A stretch of 64,000 nt of DNA, from the NCBI GenBank assembly GCA_028534125.1, contig CM052816.1:26848001-26912000 (forward strand), given 5' to 3'. Each line of letters opens with the position of its first letter. Position 1 is the stretch's first letter. The notes under the pieces were generated by a model, which did no database searches, was not told the origin of the DNA, and was given only the letters and a program-made list of their open reading frames with translations. Of this stretch, positions 1 through 12,242 are shown one piece after another. The DNA is from Lama glama. Taxonomy: Eukaryota. The translations under genes were made by a program, and so were the position numbers.

Positions 1-578
1 CACTCTCCTTTTGCTTTTTCTGTCGCTTGGCAGAGAGATTACTTTGTCTTATCTTACTGAGGTAGTTACATTGCTCCTCCCAGCTGCAGAAAAGAGCATC
101 TTATGCATTCTTTTAAAAACACACATTCTAATTTTCAGAGAAGTTGGCACTTCATCAGAGGTAATTTTTATACACTCGTTCTCAATTTGATTCCTTAGAT
201 GTATTAAGCCAGGCCCCCTGAAAATGCAGTTTCTCTCATTATCTCCCCAATACTCAAAACCAAAAGGCTGGGAATGTTATGAGGAAGCAACAGATCTTAG
301 AGGGGAAAACAGAACAAAATTTGCAAGGTTAAACAAAAACATGGACCAACCCTCTATACAGTTTTTACTTTAAATTTTTGCTTCCCCAATCCACATAACC
401 AATTTTAAACAGAACCTAATTAAAGCTAAAAGACAACATACAGTTTTAAATCTTTTAATCTAGAATGTTTAGTTGCTTGATGTACTTTGTATCACACCCT
501 TAAGTTCTGAGAAAAAATACTGAGATATGTGATTATTTAAGCTACATGAAATTAATTGAGGATCGAAACACATCTTAC

Positions 579-683
579 CTGTAAATATGTTTCCAAACCT
601 TGTCGTCGTTGTTCCAAGACTTTTGGGACCCAGTTCCGAACATGTTTAGAGGGGATTTCTGGAGTTTTAATACATTTTTTAAG
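579..683 (-). CDS. SNX24: SNX24 coding exon (exon 3 by analogy to human), PX domain, 105 nt, phase 0-0
   Basis: Minus-strand translation LKKCIKTPEIPSKHVRNWVPKVLEQRRQGLETYLQ matches SNX24 as I recall it. Acceptor ...TTTTTGTCTTTATAG| has a long pyrimidine tract; donor is CAG|GTAAG. The ORF track shows this region in a different frame. Confidence 0.97.
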
Positions 684-1358
684 CTATAAAGACAAAAACA
701 GAAAAAAAAAACCCAAAGAAAACATCTTTTAATTATAAAGACATTATTTGAGGGGAAAGCCAATAAAAAAAAAAAAGTGAACCACTGCTATTTCCAGTAA
801 AAAAGATAAAGGAAAATATAAATACACTGTAATTGTGTCAAAAGATTCTTTATTTGGCTGTCCTAAATGTTCAGGTTTCAGGACAAGAGCTGTGTGTTCT
901 TGGAGTTGTTATTGTGCACCATCTAGTATTCTGGACTAGAATTATTTTTTCTGTAAAATTAGAAGTTCAGTAGATGAATTATAAAGGAAATATCAAAGTT
1001 TAAAATTTCCAAAATCAACTAATACAACAAAATTTTGGTTGGAAGAAGCACTTTTCTGATGAAAAGTCCACGTATTTTTCAGATAAAAAAGCAAAATAAA
1101 ATGCAGTTGTTTATAATCATCCCTGGAAATGCCATATGAACTAGACTGTATCATATGGAGAGTTTTTTAAAAGTTCTATGATTAAAAAGAACTAAAAAAA
1201 TAGAGAGACTGATCCTTCCAACATCCCTAAGCATTGGGTCCAAATTCTGTTGATGAAAACTGAATGATGATTCTCATCTAAGCCCTTCTCCACAGCAGTT
1301 TTAAGGGGTTATTATATAAATTAAGGAAAATTCTATTGGAAGTTGAGTTAGAGCTGCC

Positions 1359-1680
1359 TGTCACAGGCGCATCCTATCACATCCACACCTAAACTTGTGA
1401 ATATTACCTTACAGAGCCAGGTACTTTGTAGATCTGATTAAATTAATTATCTTACAATGGAGAGATTATTCTAGACAACCTGGGTGGGCTCGATGTAATC
1501 ATAAGGATCCTTACAAGAGGGAGGGAGGAAAGTCAGAGTAAGGGAGACTGGAAGATGCTATGTGACTGGCTTTGACGATGGAGGAAGGGTCATGAGCCCA
1601 GGTGATCTCTAGAAGCTGGAAAAGGGAAAGGAATGAATTTGTCCCTACAGTTCGTTGACACTTGATTTTAGCCCAGTGAA
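1359..1680 (+). mobile_element. ERVL-MaLR solo LTR fragment (MLT1D-like)
   Basis: Diagnostic stretches: tgtgaatattaccttac, gggtgggctcgatgtaatcataagg, ggctttgacgatggaggaagggtcatgagcc, tagaagctggaaaagg, ttgattttagcccagtgaaa. Confidence 0.75.
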
Positions 1681-1699
1681 AGCAAGTGGAGCAAACTCA

Positions 1700-2008
1700 G
1701 CTGACTTGTACCTTCTGTCCTACCCCTCTTTCACCTCTTCCTGCCTAGAATGTGACCGTGATGGCTGGAGCTGCCATGACCATCTGCCACCATGAAGCAA
1801 CTTGGGATGGAAGACAGGTATACAAATGACTGAACAGAAAAAAAGGAGTCAGTGCCTGAGCTCCTCCTGGAGCCACCACAAGAGCCAGGACTGCCCACCT
1901 CCAGACCTGTTTTTTAGGAGAAAAAAACTGCCCCCCTCCATCCTTATGACCAGGTTACCAGTATGTGGAATTCCTGTTTCACACACCTGAATTTAATACT
2001 GGTAGACA
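1700..2008 (+). mobile_element. Old ERVL/MaLR-type LTR fragment (MLT1J/K- or LTR16-like)
   Basis: cctgcctagaatgtgaccgtgatggctggagctgcc...ccatgaag and ggactgcccacctccagac motifs. Confidence 0.55.
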
Positions 2009-2599
2009 TTAAAAAAAGAAAACGCCCAAAGGGAATAGGACACAGAACAATGAAGAAAAGGGGAAGGGAGGAAGGAGTAATGACTAAGTGAAAGATTCAC
2101 AAGTTTCTAAAAGACGGAAAGCAGGAGCAAGATGATGAAGAAAAGAGAGCAGAGGAAGCCGCAGCCCAGATCACTTCAGGGAGGGGGCCTGCAAAGGCTC
2201 TGGAAACCAAACTTCTCAGCAGCCTAAGAGGCTTTGTGCTCAGAACTGGCCTTAGAGGAGGAGGGAACGAGAAGAGGGATCAGCAGATGCCCCAACCTGT
2301 GCTAAAGACCACAGAGATGACTGGCAGCCCTGGGTTATCCCTAAGCATGCACACCTGCACCCCATAAGAAGGGTCACTGTTTCTAAAGAAACTGAATGGA
2401 ATGTTTGGGTTGAAGGGTGGTGGCCACTTCAGTCAGTGTGGTTTTCATGGGGTCCCCCAGCTTAATATCTGGTTCACTCCCCTCATTCTCTAAAATGAAG
2501 CCCTTCTTTTGACACACCCTACAGAGGGACCAGACATATGTACCCAAGGCAGAGGAACTAAGGACAAATACCCAGAATAATTAACCTAGTTGGATGGGC

Positions 2600-3450
2600 C
2601 CTCAAGGATCTCTTTTATGGGAAACTAGCACTATGAAGGAGAAAGGAGAAGACAAACAGACTGAACTAATCCTAAAGGAAACACAAAAATCAAATAACAG
2701 GAGAGATCTTTAAATTCCATTTAGTATCCACAAGAAGATTTGAGAAGTTATTGCTTCTATCAAACGAAAACAAGTTGGAAAAGAAACAAGAACAGGTTGC
2801 TATGAAAAAGAAACAATATGGGGTGGGGGTAATAGTTCAGTAGTAGAGCATGTACTTAACACTCGTGAGGTCCTGTGTTCAATACTCACTACCTCTATTT
2901 TAAAAAAAGAAAAAAGGAAACAGAAAAAGAAAGATTTTGAAAATTTAAAAAAAAGACAGAAAAATTTAAAAATTAAAAGATGTAGAATATAAAATCACAG
3001 AAGTCTCTCAAAGTGTAGAATAAACAAAGTGAGAGAAAAGGTAGGTGAAAAGACAAAACACAGATAGGATTAATCCAGGAGATTTACTATGAAATTAATA
3101 AGACTTTCATAAAGACTAAAAGAAATTTTCAAAGAAATTTGCAAAGAATTAAAACATTTTATATGACCTAATATATGTCTTCAGATTAAGAACCCATTCA
3201 GTTGTCACCATGATGTATAAAAAGGGACTCATACTTACTGACATTTATCTGCTGAGATTTCAGAATATCAAGGACAAAGAGAAGATAGAGGGAAAAACAT
3301 AAGGGGGCAAAAAAAAGGAAGCAGAACTCACTGGCAACTGACTTGCCATCAGCAGCAATGGGTGCTGGAAGGTCAACGCTGCAGCAATTTAATCTGACAT
3401 GGATTTCTAGAACCAGCACACCATCAATCGTGAGAGAAAGCTTATCTCCC
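2600..3450 (+). mobile_element. Ancient L1M/HAL1 ORF1-like remnant, interrupted by a SINE
   Basis: A-rich degenerate sequence with gtcttcagattaag and gatttcagaatatcaaggacaaagagaagat motifs typical of old L1/HAL1 ORF1. Confidence 0.4.
2820..2914 (+). mobile_element. tRNA-Ala-derived SINE (vic-1-like), diverged
   Basis: ggg..taatagttcagtagtagagcatgtacttaacactcgtgaggtcctgtgttcaatactcactacctct followed by an A-rich tail; aligns by eye to the other three copies. Confidence 0.8.
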
Positions 3451-3899
3451 ATGCCTTTTTTTTTTTTTTACACCAAGTGAAGTATGTAGTTCTTGAAACC
3501 TGAGAGATTAAAAGCAAGGAAGAGGAACATAGGATCAGGACTCATAGCTCTTCCCCATCAGCAAGGGGAAGGGGAATCCAAGGGCAGAGAGAACAATCAG
3601 CCTAGATTGGAGCCAAAGGGCAGAGGATTTGGAGACAGAAGCCTCCTGGAAGAAGGTGGATTCCAAGCAGCAGATAGTAGGGAGAAGATGGGTAAATTCA
3701 GGATTTGTTAAAGTACATTATTCTTTGGTCTATCAGAAAAAATAAATCCCAGGGAAGACAAAGAGCCCCTGAAGGAGGTCATGGAATAGAAGACACTAAG
3801 CTTCTCCCATGTTTTAGTCTGGTGTTAGAAACACTCCTGCCTTCATGGGGATCTCATACCCAGAAACAGATAAAAAAAAACAACAAACAAGTTTAATAA

Positions 3900-4400
3900 A
3901 ACAGGGTAAGGGCAGATAGTAACAGATGGGAGTTGCACTGAGGGCAGCTGGGGAAGGCCAGCATGAGTCAGGAAAGTTCGAGGAGCCACCTGAATGATGC
4001 TGGGAAAGGCCAGGTAAGGAGCTGGAGAAGGAAGGCTCCAGCAGAGACAGAGCATGGAAAGGGCGGGCCAGTCCTGGCATTCAAAACCCAGCAAGGAGAA
4101 GACAGTTCAGAGAGGTGGCAGTGTCAGACATGGTAGGGCCTTGGAGGCCATGATGGGAATTTGAGTATCTTTCCACATGGGAAGCAAACTGAACGTTTTC
4201 AGCAAGGAAATGACCTGACAGGATTTTTACTTTAAAGAAGTCACGCTTGATTCTATGAGCAAGATGGATGGTGAGGGGGTGGAATCTGAGCAGGGAGCCC
4301 AGGAGAAGCTCCTGTGGAAGTCCAGGGAAGAGACAGTGGTGATGTGGACTATGGTGCTGGAAGTGGAAGTGCAGAGCAGCAGAAGATGGTGGGGTTACAT
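3900..4400 (-). mobile_element. L2 LINE fragment
   Basis: gggccttggaggccatgatgggaatttga..., agcaaggaaatgacctgacaggatttttactttaaagaagtcac and gtccagggaagagacagtggtg motifs typical of antisense L2. Confidence 0.65.
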
Positions 4401-4529
4401 GGAAAGGGGTGATTAGAATGACCTCATGACCTTGACTCTTTCAGGTTTCTGACATCACCTGGTAGCCTCTTGTTCACTGAAAGGTGGGAGAATGCCAGGT
4501 TTAGAGTTAAGCAGCAGAAAACACTAATT

Positions 4530-4963
4530 ACCTCCCCCAATCCAATCTTCCCTCTTCTGCAGAATATAACACTCAATTTTCAGCTGAGCACATGACCATC
4601 CAAAATAAGGAACACATTTCCCAATCTCCCTGGACTCTACGTGTGGCCACATGACCGAATTCCAGTCAGAGGCAGGCAATACACATGTATGTGCAACTTT
4701 CAGAAGTGACCTTAAAGGGAAGGGCTGTTCTTTCTTTCCTTTCCTCCTTCCTCCTAATGGCTAGACCTGGAGCAGTCACCTTTGACCATGAGGTGGAAGC
4801 CTGATGTTGAGAATGGGAAAGCCACAAAAGCCTGGTTCCCTGATGACCATGAAACTGCCACACCAGCCCTGACATTTACGTGAGTGAGAAATAAAGATGC
4901 ATCTGTTAATGTCACCATTATTTTGGTTCTACAGTCACTTGCAGCAAAACTGAATCCCACATG
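4530..4963 (+). mobile_element. MaLR solo LTR (MLT1J-like)
   Basis: catttcccaatctccctg...tgtggccacatgacc, tttgaccatgagg, gcctggttccctgatgacc, and gagaaataaa poly(A) signal. Confidence 0.65.
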
Positions 4964-4969
4964 AGTGGG

Positions 4970-5460
4970 AAATATGGCTGAAACTGCAAGCTGCCCGTCC
5001 ACTGTTCACTCCCTCTTTCTTCCTGCAAACAAAGCAAACAAACAAACAAAAATGTCATTCAGAGTGCCAACTTGCTGAGCAAAACTTGATTTCCCAAGTT
5101 CCTTGTAATTAGGATGGCCATGTGACAGAGATGTTGATGAAATGTCGTTTAAGTCTACTGGGTAGGGCTCCTACTTTCCTCAGAAAAAGAAACAGGCTCT
5201 TCTTCTTCTCAGAAATGTGGAAGCAATGCCTGGAGGGACAGCAGCTATGTTGTAACCGGAGGGTGAAAGTCACATGCTGAGGTAAAGGCAGTGAAGCAGA
5301 AAGACAGAAGGAGCCTTGGAACATGGATATTGTACAACTGCTCTATCAACTTGCACTGCCTTCCTTTAGTTTTCTTGCAATGTGAGAATAATTAATCTTT
5401 TACTTGTTTAAGAAACCTAGTCAAGTTTCTATTATAGCCAACCAAAGGAAATCCTATCAT
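4970..5460 (+). mobile_element. Second, adjacent MaLR solo LTR (MLT1J/K-like)
   Basis: gatttcccaagttccttgtaattaggatggccatgtgac, agcagaaagacagaaggagcct, tacttgtttaag motifs. Confidence 0.6.
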
Positions 5461-5649
5461 AAAAGAATCAATTGTTCCATTTTGGTGATTTCAAATAAGA
5501 GATGTCCAACAGGCATCTAGGGTGCAGACACAATGTGCAGGCAGTTGGATGAGTCTGTAAACTGGGAGTCATAATACCTAAGAGGTATTGCAGTCACAGA
5601 ACTAGATAACACAACACTGGGAATTCCGTACAGATGGAGAAAAGGGGTT

Positions 5650-6088
5650 GTGCAGGGCAGGAACCCAAAGCAGCTCCCAAGATCCTGCCTCTTGGTTTAC
5701 ATGCCTGTAAAATTTCTCCCCTTGGGTCTGGACAGGACCTGTGAATCTGGTGAGATAGTCAGGTTACATTACACGACAGGTGACAAGACAGTCCACCCCC
5801 TTGGTCAGGTTACACTTGAGACCCCAGGCAGATGTTATGACAGGGCCACGTGGCTAGCACTTGAGAGTGGCCTCAAGGAGCTGAGAGCCACTTCGGCAAG
5901 ATAAAAAGGATCGAATTCCAACCAAATGAGGACATAACAATGTTAAGAAGACCCCAAGCCTCAGATGAGACCACAACCTTGGCAACACCCTAATTTCAGC
6001 CGAGCGAGACTCTGAGGGTAACACATTTGTGTTGTTAAAGCTGTTAAACTTGTGGCAATCTGTTATGCTGCTGGAGAAAACTAATACA
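5650..6088 (+). mobile_element. MaLR solo LTR (MLT1E/F-like)
   Basis: Starts tgtg...cccaagatcctgcctcttgg and ends in the typical gttgttaaagctgttaaacttgtggcaatctgttatgc...aaaactaataca. Confidence 0.75.
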
Positions 6089-7368
6089 AGGGCCACGGTC
6101 TGAGACAACCAACTCTCAGGGAGCAGGGACGAGAGGCAGGGCAAGCAGTGAGGAGGTAGTGAAACAATAAGTTGAGTCAGGAAAGTGTTTCTAAGAGGCA
6201 TCATCAGACTGCACAGAGAGACACTGCAAAGTCTAAGAAGCCGGATAAAGAGAAAGCGGGTAGCGGGAAGGCAGAGGCTCCTCTTTCCAGGAACCATACT
6301 GAGAGAGGAGAGCACGGGCTGAACATGGGAGAGAAGATGGGATCCAAGGTGCGGCCTTCTTCGTTCAATGGGAAATATTATATTCATTTATTGATGAGAC
6401 TGATTCAGTAGTGGGTGGGGGGAGAGGAGTAATTTATGATTATCTGTAAGGGAATAAATATCTATCTCTTCTCTACACTATTTGAGGTATTTCTCAAGTG
6501 AGAACAAAGCCAAAAAAGCTATTTATTCTGCGGTACTAAGCTTCTTAGGTTTCACTTTAAAGAAACTTCCTTTAACAATATTAATCCCAAGATTTCTTAA
6601 ATTTCAGAATAAAACCATTATCTCTCTCTCTCTTAAAAAAAAAAGTCTTGAAGATACAGTATTGGAAACGTTTTTCCTTTTTATTTATGTTAGGAGAACG
6701 GAGGATGCTGATCATCACAGCTGCTGGGCTGTGACAGCGCTGGTAGGTGAGTAATGAATTGCTTGAGATGAGGAGAGACAAACCCAAGACAATGCGCTTC
6801 CAGTAGGGCTCAGCTGCTTACAAGATAAATACCCCTCTGCCACTCCACCCGATGATTAACTGTCCTGCCCGGCTGTGTCCAGCCCAGCGGCCTCTCTGAT
6901 CCCTGCAGATAGTGACCAGATTCCACAACCCCACAAACACCATCCCCTCCGCCTAGGGGGACCACTCCCTTCCTTTTTTATTCTGCGAGAGGAGTTTATA
7001 CAGAACTCACTCCATGAAGACCTGCTACGTACCCACTGTTGATGGTAACTTTTCCACCGACAAAACTTTGGCATAACTAAGTTTTAATTATCTCTTAGAT
7101 GCTTTTAATTTCAGTAGAAATCTCTACTCTAAATGGAAAAAGAGTTTCAAGAACAAAGAGATTAGGGAATAAAAGGTATGCACATGGAAGAAGAAGTGAA
7201 ACTTTCAGTTTGTTTGAATAGATGGGAACACAGAGGGAAGGCCATCAGCACGGCAAAGACAGAGGCAGCACTTTTCATATACTGGGGTGAGAGGGAACAC
7301 TGGCTTGGCTGCCACTGATGTTTCCTTAGGAGAAGCAGTGGGAAGTAAGGCTGGCCGGTAAAGGGGTT

Positions 7369-7660
7369 TGTGGGAGACAGAATCATGGTCCTCCAAAAGA
7401 TGCCCACGTTCTAACCCTTGGAACCTGTGAATGCATTACCTCACAGGTGTGATTAAATTAGGTATCTTGAAATGGGAAGACTATCCTGAATTATCTAGGG
7501 AAGCTCCATGTAGTCTCATGGGGGAGGCAGAAGTCCCCAAGTCAGAGAGAGGAGACGTGATGACGGGAGATGTGATGGTGGAAGCAGAAGTTGAAGTGAT
7601 ATGGCTGCTGGCTTTGAAGACAGAAGAAAGCCATGAGCCACAAAATGCGGCAGCCCCTAG
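7369..7660 (+). mobile_element. MaLR LTR 5' portion (MLT1D-like)
   Basis: tgtgggagacagaatcatggtcctccaaaagatgcccacgttctaacccttggaacctgtgaat...gctggctttgaagacagaag..ccatgagcca. Confidence 0.8.
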
Positions 7661-10553
7661 CACTCCCACTGTTCCCATGCTAAAAATGGGGAACTAGAAG
7701 CACCCAGACACCACATGACTTACTACAAGGACTTAAGAGGTAAGGGCAGGCTCAGGAACATTCTGCCGCCAGAGCTTCCACACCAATTTCTACACCATAA
7801 TTTCCACCATGTGGGAACTCAGCACATCAGGATTTGTTTCATTAAAAATGCAAGAAAAGAAATGAAGGAAAATAGCAATGGTATTAGCATAGCAGAAATA
7901 TACATGGGTAACAATGGGTTATTTCCTCTGTCCCCAAACTTTCTGCAAGATTTAGCTTTATAATCTAAAAAGCTAAGCTTACTTGAGGGGAGGAAAATAA
8001 ACACATAGAAAAAAAAAACTCCTGAAATTTTCCAAAATTTGGAAAGAAATCTTACGAAAAGTGTAAACAAAATACTGTTTTCATACTTAAAATATCAAAA
8101 ACTATAAAAGTTTGGGAGAAGTAATAATCATTAAGAACTTTCTTTAGACAACCAGATGAACTGTCATATGGGTGATGGTTTTAGTTTCTGCCTCAAAAGG
8201 AGCCTGACAATAAGCCAGGAGGCATCTTTGTGTGTTTGTGGTACATGGAGACGAGCCACGTATCTGTCATTCTAAAGGTGCAAAGCACATGTTGATAGTT
8301 CATTTATTATTTAGGAAGTAACTTGGGGACACAGGCTGATCACTTTTAACAAGTGAGAAATACAATGTAAAGTATAAGGGGAATCAAGACCCTGGCAACA
8401 GAGAAAACTGCTTCCACTACAGAAATAGTTGAATATTAAAGAAAACTAAATGAGAAAAGATTTAACTGCATTTAAAGGGAAACTATTCTATGTAAAAACA
8501 GAACATTCAAAGTACATCACAAAATTCAAATATAGAAATTGGGGTACAAAAGTTCTAATGAAAGATATAGTTGTGCAATGTGGCAGCAGTGATCAGTCAA
8601 GCCTGTGTATTCCGATTAACTTTTTGCCAATTTCAATCCTTAACACACAACTTTATAGTCAAGATCATAGATTTATGTTTATTTTTACACTCTGCCATTA
8701 TTGGTACTTCACTGTCTTTTGTAATTACCTTTTTGCCAAATCTAATACATATATAACTAGGGCAAGTAAAGGAGACTCTCGCAGCCACTTTCTGCTCTAT
8801 AATACGTAAGATTAGAGCTTCCCAACTAAAACTCTGCCCCAATGTTATTTTTTTCTCTGTGTGCCTGTAAGAGTGTTTTAACAAAGCTGCTAAAAACATG
8901 CAAAATTGAGAGATTTGAGAATTCCTACTCTCTTAATTCTAGTAGTCCTGATGATATAATAGTAAGAATAGCTAAAATTATTAAGAGAACTTCAGATAAT
9001 GAGAGAAGAGTCCTAGAAAATCTAGGCATTTTTTCTGACCATGAGAATCTAAGAATGCCTGTCATCACTGGGGAGAGGGTCCTCTTCTGCAGAAGAAAAT
9101 AAATCGCATTAGAGCAAGAGAGTAGGATGACTGACCCTCCACTTGGAAGAAGCACGGGCAGCCTCTTGCTCAGGGTGGGCCTAATTGGCAGTCCCCCAGC
9201 TGTGCCTCGTGTGGAGTTGGTCCCCAAGTACCTGGTGGGGCCAGCGGGGCTGTGTCAGGGTCATGGAGACCTGGCTGGTTAAGAAGGGGGCTTGGATGTG
9301 ACAGGCTGCCTAGTCCAGACTCTGGTTGTCAGAGGCTGGGCTGGGGGAGAAGTTCTGATCTTAATCTCACTGTTTGGACTTATTTCATGAGGTACCCAGC
9401 AGAAATTTCTCTAGAATCCATTTCCTCGAGAAACAAGTAAACCGAAACAGAATTCCTTGAGAAGGAAGTGAGACCCAGACTCCAAGTTTGTTTCTCTCTG
9501 AGGCCCCTGGTAGGGATAGGGAGGGAGGGGGGCCTTCGTAAAGTCAGGTGGCAACACCCAGCCTAAATCTGTGCCCACTTGTGTTGTTTCTTTTGGAAGT
9601 AAACCTGGATGTAACACAAATTTAATTGGAAAATGCAATGGAAATTATCCCTTCCCATTCTAATGGAAAAGTGTACAGATAAGTGACAGCTCCTCTTTAC
9701 GAGAGAACAGAGGGAAACAGGCTCACCAACTTCTCCATATAACCTGTTAAAATTTTACTCACTACTCTATTCTCCCGACTAGTAAGAAGTGGAGAAATTT
9801 TAAACTTAAAACATGCTAAAGAGCTTTTAATACAAAGTACACTATCACATCATTTATGCACTGAAGTTTCCCAGAAAATTTCAGAGATTCTTAATGAAAT
9901 TGAAGGAATAGATTCTTTCTGAAGAATCTTCTCATCTAACTTCTTACCTAACAAAGTAACAAAAGAGAAGAAACTGAATTCTGCCATACATTTCATATGT
10001 GTATACATATATATATATATTCATACATATGAAGTCTACACACACACACACGTATATACACAGATATGAATATGTATGTACATGAAAGAAAAACGGTAAA
10101 ACTGCCTTAACTCATATATCGTGATTTTTCTGGGCAATTTCATGAAGTATTTCTAGTTATTAAGGTGATCTCACCACCCCAATAATTTTTAACTTTCAAA
10201 ACATTAAATTTTGGTAGAAAATAAAAAATACTCTCTCTTCTACTCTATATTGACCATTTCTCCCAAAACCCAGATACTCCTTTTGTGTTCTTGTTTCTTT
10301 TATTGGAGACTTTCACTAAAATGGATCTGAGAACTGAAATGCTAGTCTTGTAAAGTGGCCTTTACAAATCAAAAGAAAGTTATGAGCCCCCTTCACATGA
10401 TCCTCTAACAGTCCTTAATTACACATAACATGTGTCTTATCTTTTCCAGGTACATGTAAGTCTAAGTTGATTTTTAATCCATTTCTTCCCAAAAAATGAT
10501 CATTTTTTTTTCCTTTTTGTAAAGCACATTAAGTGTATTTTATGGAGAAAATA

Positions 10554-10583
10554 GGGTCTGGGTCTGGGTCTGGGTCTGGGTCT
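10554..10583 (+). repeat. (GGGTCT)5 hexamer repeat, G-quadruplex-type motif
   Basis: Five perfect GGGTCT units read directly. Confidence 0.95.
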
Positions 10584-10838
10584 TATTCCTTCTGAACCTG
10601 TGATATGTACACTACAAACAGTCTGATGTCACAATCTATTATGTAAAACATCTTAATAGAAAACCCACCTACTCAGAAAGTCCACCTTGAAAGGACTGAC
10701 AGTTTATTTTTAAAGGAAACTTACTTCTTGATAAAAGAAATCCTACTGTTCCAAGAACTATTAAAGCTTTTAGGAACCACAGAAGGCAGTCTTAACGTTA
10801 TACCATCTGCCATAAAGACAAAAGGGGAAAAAAGTTAC

Positions 10839-10922
10839 CTTTTTGTGCAGGGCATGGAATTCGCTGTACCTTTTTTCAACAAAATGTTTTCTTCCATTCA
10901 TTAGCACTTCTATCTTAAACAC
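10839..10922 (-). CDS. SNX24: SNX24 coding exon (exon 2 by analogy to human), PX domain, 84 nt, phase 0-0
   Basis: Translation [28 protein letters not shown] contains the PX signature KRYSEF..LH. Acceptor ...TTTTTTCCTTAG|GTG, donor AAG|GTAAC. Joins in frame to the 683-579 exon. Confidence 0.97.
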
Positions 10923-12089
10923 CTAAGGAAAAAATTTAAAAAGATTAATTTCACCAGTTCAAAACCCTCAATTGTCTGATGTGGTAAGTTTGTGACCATG
11001 ATGTATTTCATCCCTTTAATTACAGTAGCTGATCCCCCAAAACCCAGAAGGCTCAGGAGACCCTGGCCCAACAGCACTGATTAATGAGCCCTCGAACCAA
11101 ATGCTCACTAATAAACGGCAGTATCCCAGCAAACGTATCTAAAAACAGTGGAAACGTAAATGTGTTAAAGTGCTCCTTAACTTTTTAATCAGAGAACATT
11201 CTTCTCCTAAAATTAAATCACCAAATGTATATGACGGCACTGAAATAACACTGTGATGCCAAGGTGACAGTCTGGCTAAAATCACATTCCATTATGGGTA
11301 TTTCAATGAAAGGAGTGCTTTGTCATCTGTAAGATGCAAACAGTAGTGCATTTTAGGTTAATTTCTTCCTAACCTGCATATTCATCTCCAGTCTCAGCTG
11401 GGCTTAATTCTGCTGTTTGCAAAACAGGGAAAATGTAGTAAGGGTTCATTTTCCCTGCATGATATGAGTGACAGCTTGTGCTCCTCCCTCCAGAAGGTTG
11501 AAAGGCCAGATGAAAAGGCTCTCTGGGTGCACTAATTAGTAGGCACTAACATGACACTTTCTTGATTCTTAGGTCAGTGGGTCAAGACAGGGAACAAGGG
11601 ATGAGAAATATGATTAGATGCTCATGAAAACACAGTGCTAAGGTGAGGCAGGGGAAGGATGCTTGGCAGAAGAAAGGTGCTCTGTTATTTCCAAGAGTTT
11701 GTCTCTGACTCCTGTTTCGCTGAGCAAGAGTTTGTCAACACCAAGATGAAGGAGAACTGTTCCATTACTTAGTAAGCCTGGTTTCTCATTTCAATTGGCC
11801 TTTTGAAGAAAACAGAAGTTGAGGTCACATAACACTATAGAGTGTTAAAAGCTTGCTTACTTTAACCCTAGAAAGAATTACTTAAAATTAGCATAGGAGC
11901 TACAAGGTCACATATCTTCATCGTGAAAACAGAGCCCTGTGATTCTATATTTCTGCCTTATATGTAAATATAACTTTTGGAAAGCCAGAAATTATGTCAT
12001 CAAACATAAAATGTGTTTATACTTTTGTCCTTCTTTGGATTAGAAACAAAATCCTCTGTACCGTGACTCAGTTTAAGAAACCTGCTTTT

Positions 12090-12242
12090 TAAAGCTCTAA
12101 ACTGTTCTTAGAAACAATGAACAGTACATATATGTAAATTTTAAAACGGTTTTATCTCTCAATGAGTTGCTCTTCCAAAAATAAACTGTTTACATAAAAA
12201 TTTTTTAAATGGTCAAACATAAAAAAAAAGATAAATTAAAAA
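12090..12242 (+). mobile_element. Unidentified retro-insert (processed 3'UTR end or orphan transduction) with 15-bp TSD
   Basis: AAGAAACCTGCTTTT at 12075-12089 and 12243-12257; AATAAA at 12180-12185; A-rich tail before the second copy. Confidence 0.7.

Larger units (their letters stand above)
684..10838 (-). other. SNX24: SNX24 intron (GT-AG, 10,155 nt) between the two coding exons
   Basis: Defined by the flanking canonical splice sites and the in-frame exon junction. Confidence 0.93.

Noticed and set aside
575..763. 62-aa minus-strand ORF overlapping the SNX24 exon
   Set aside because: Wrong frame and it runs through the polypyrimidine tract; the real exon is 683-579.
4530..5460. Two adjacent LTRs as a possible provirus
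   Set aside because: They abut with no internal sequence and differ considerably, which fits independent solo LTRs better.
5854..6387. 177-aa minus-strand ORF
   Set aside because: Lies largely on the antisense strand of an MLT1 LTR and adjacent repeat-like sequence, is Leu/Ser-rich, and has no recognisable domain.
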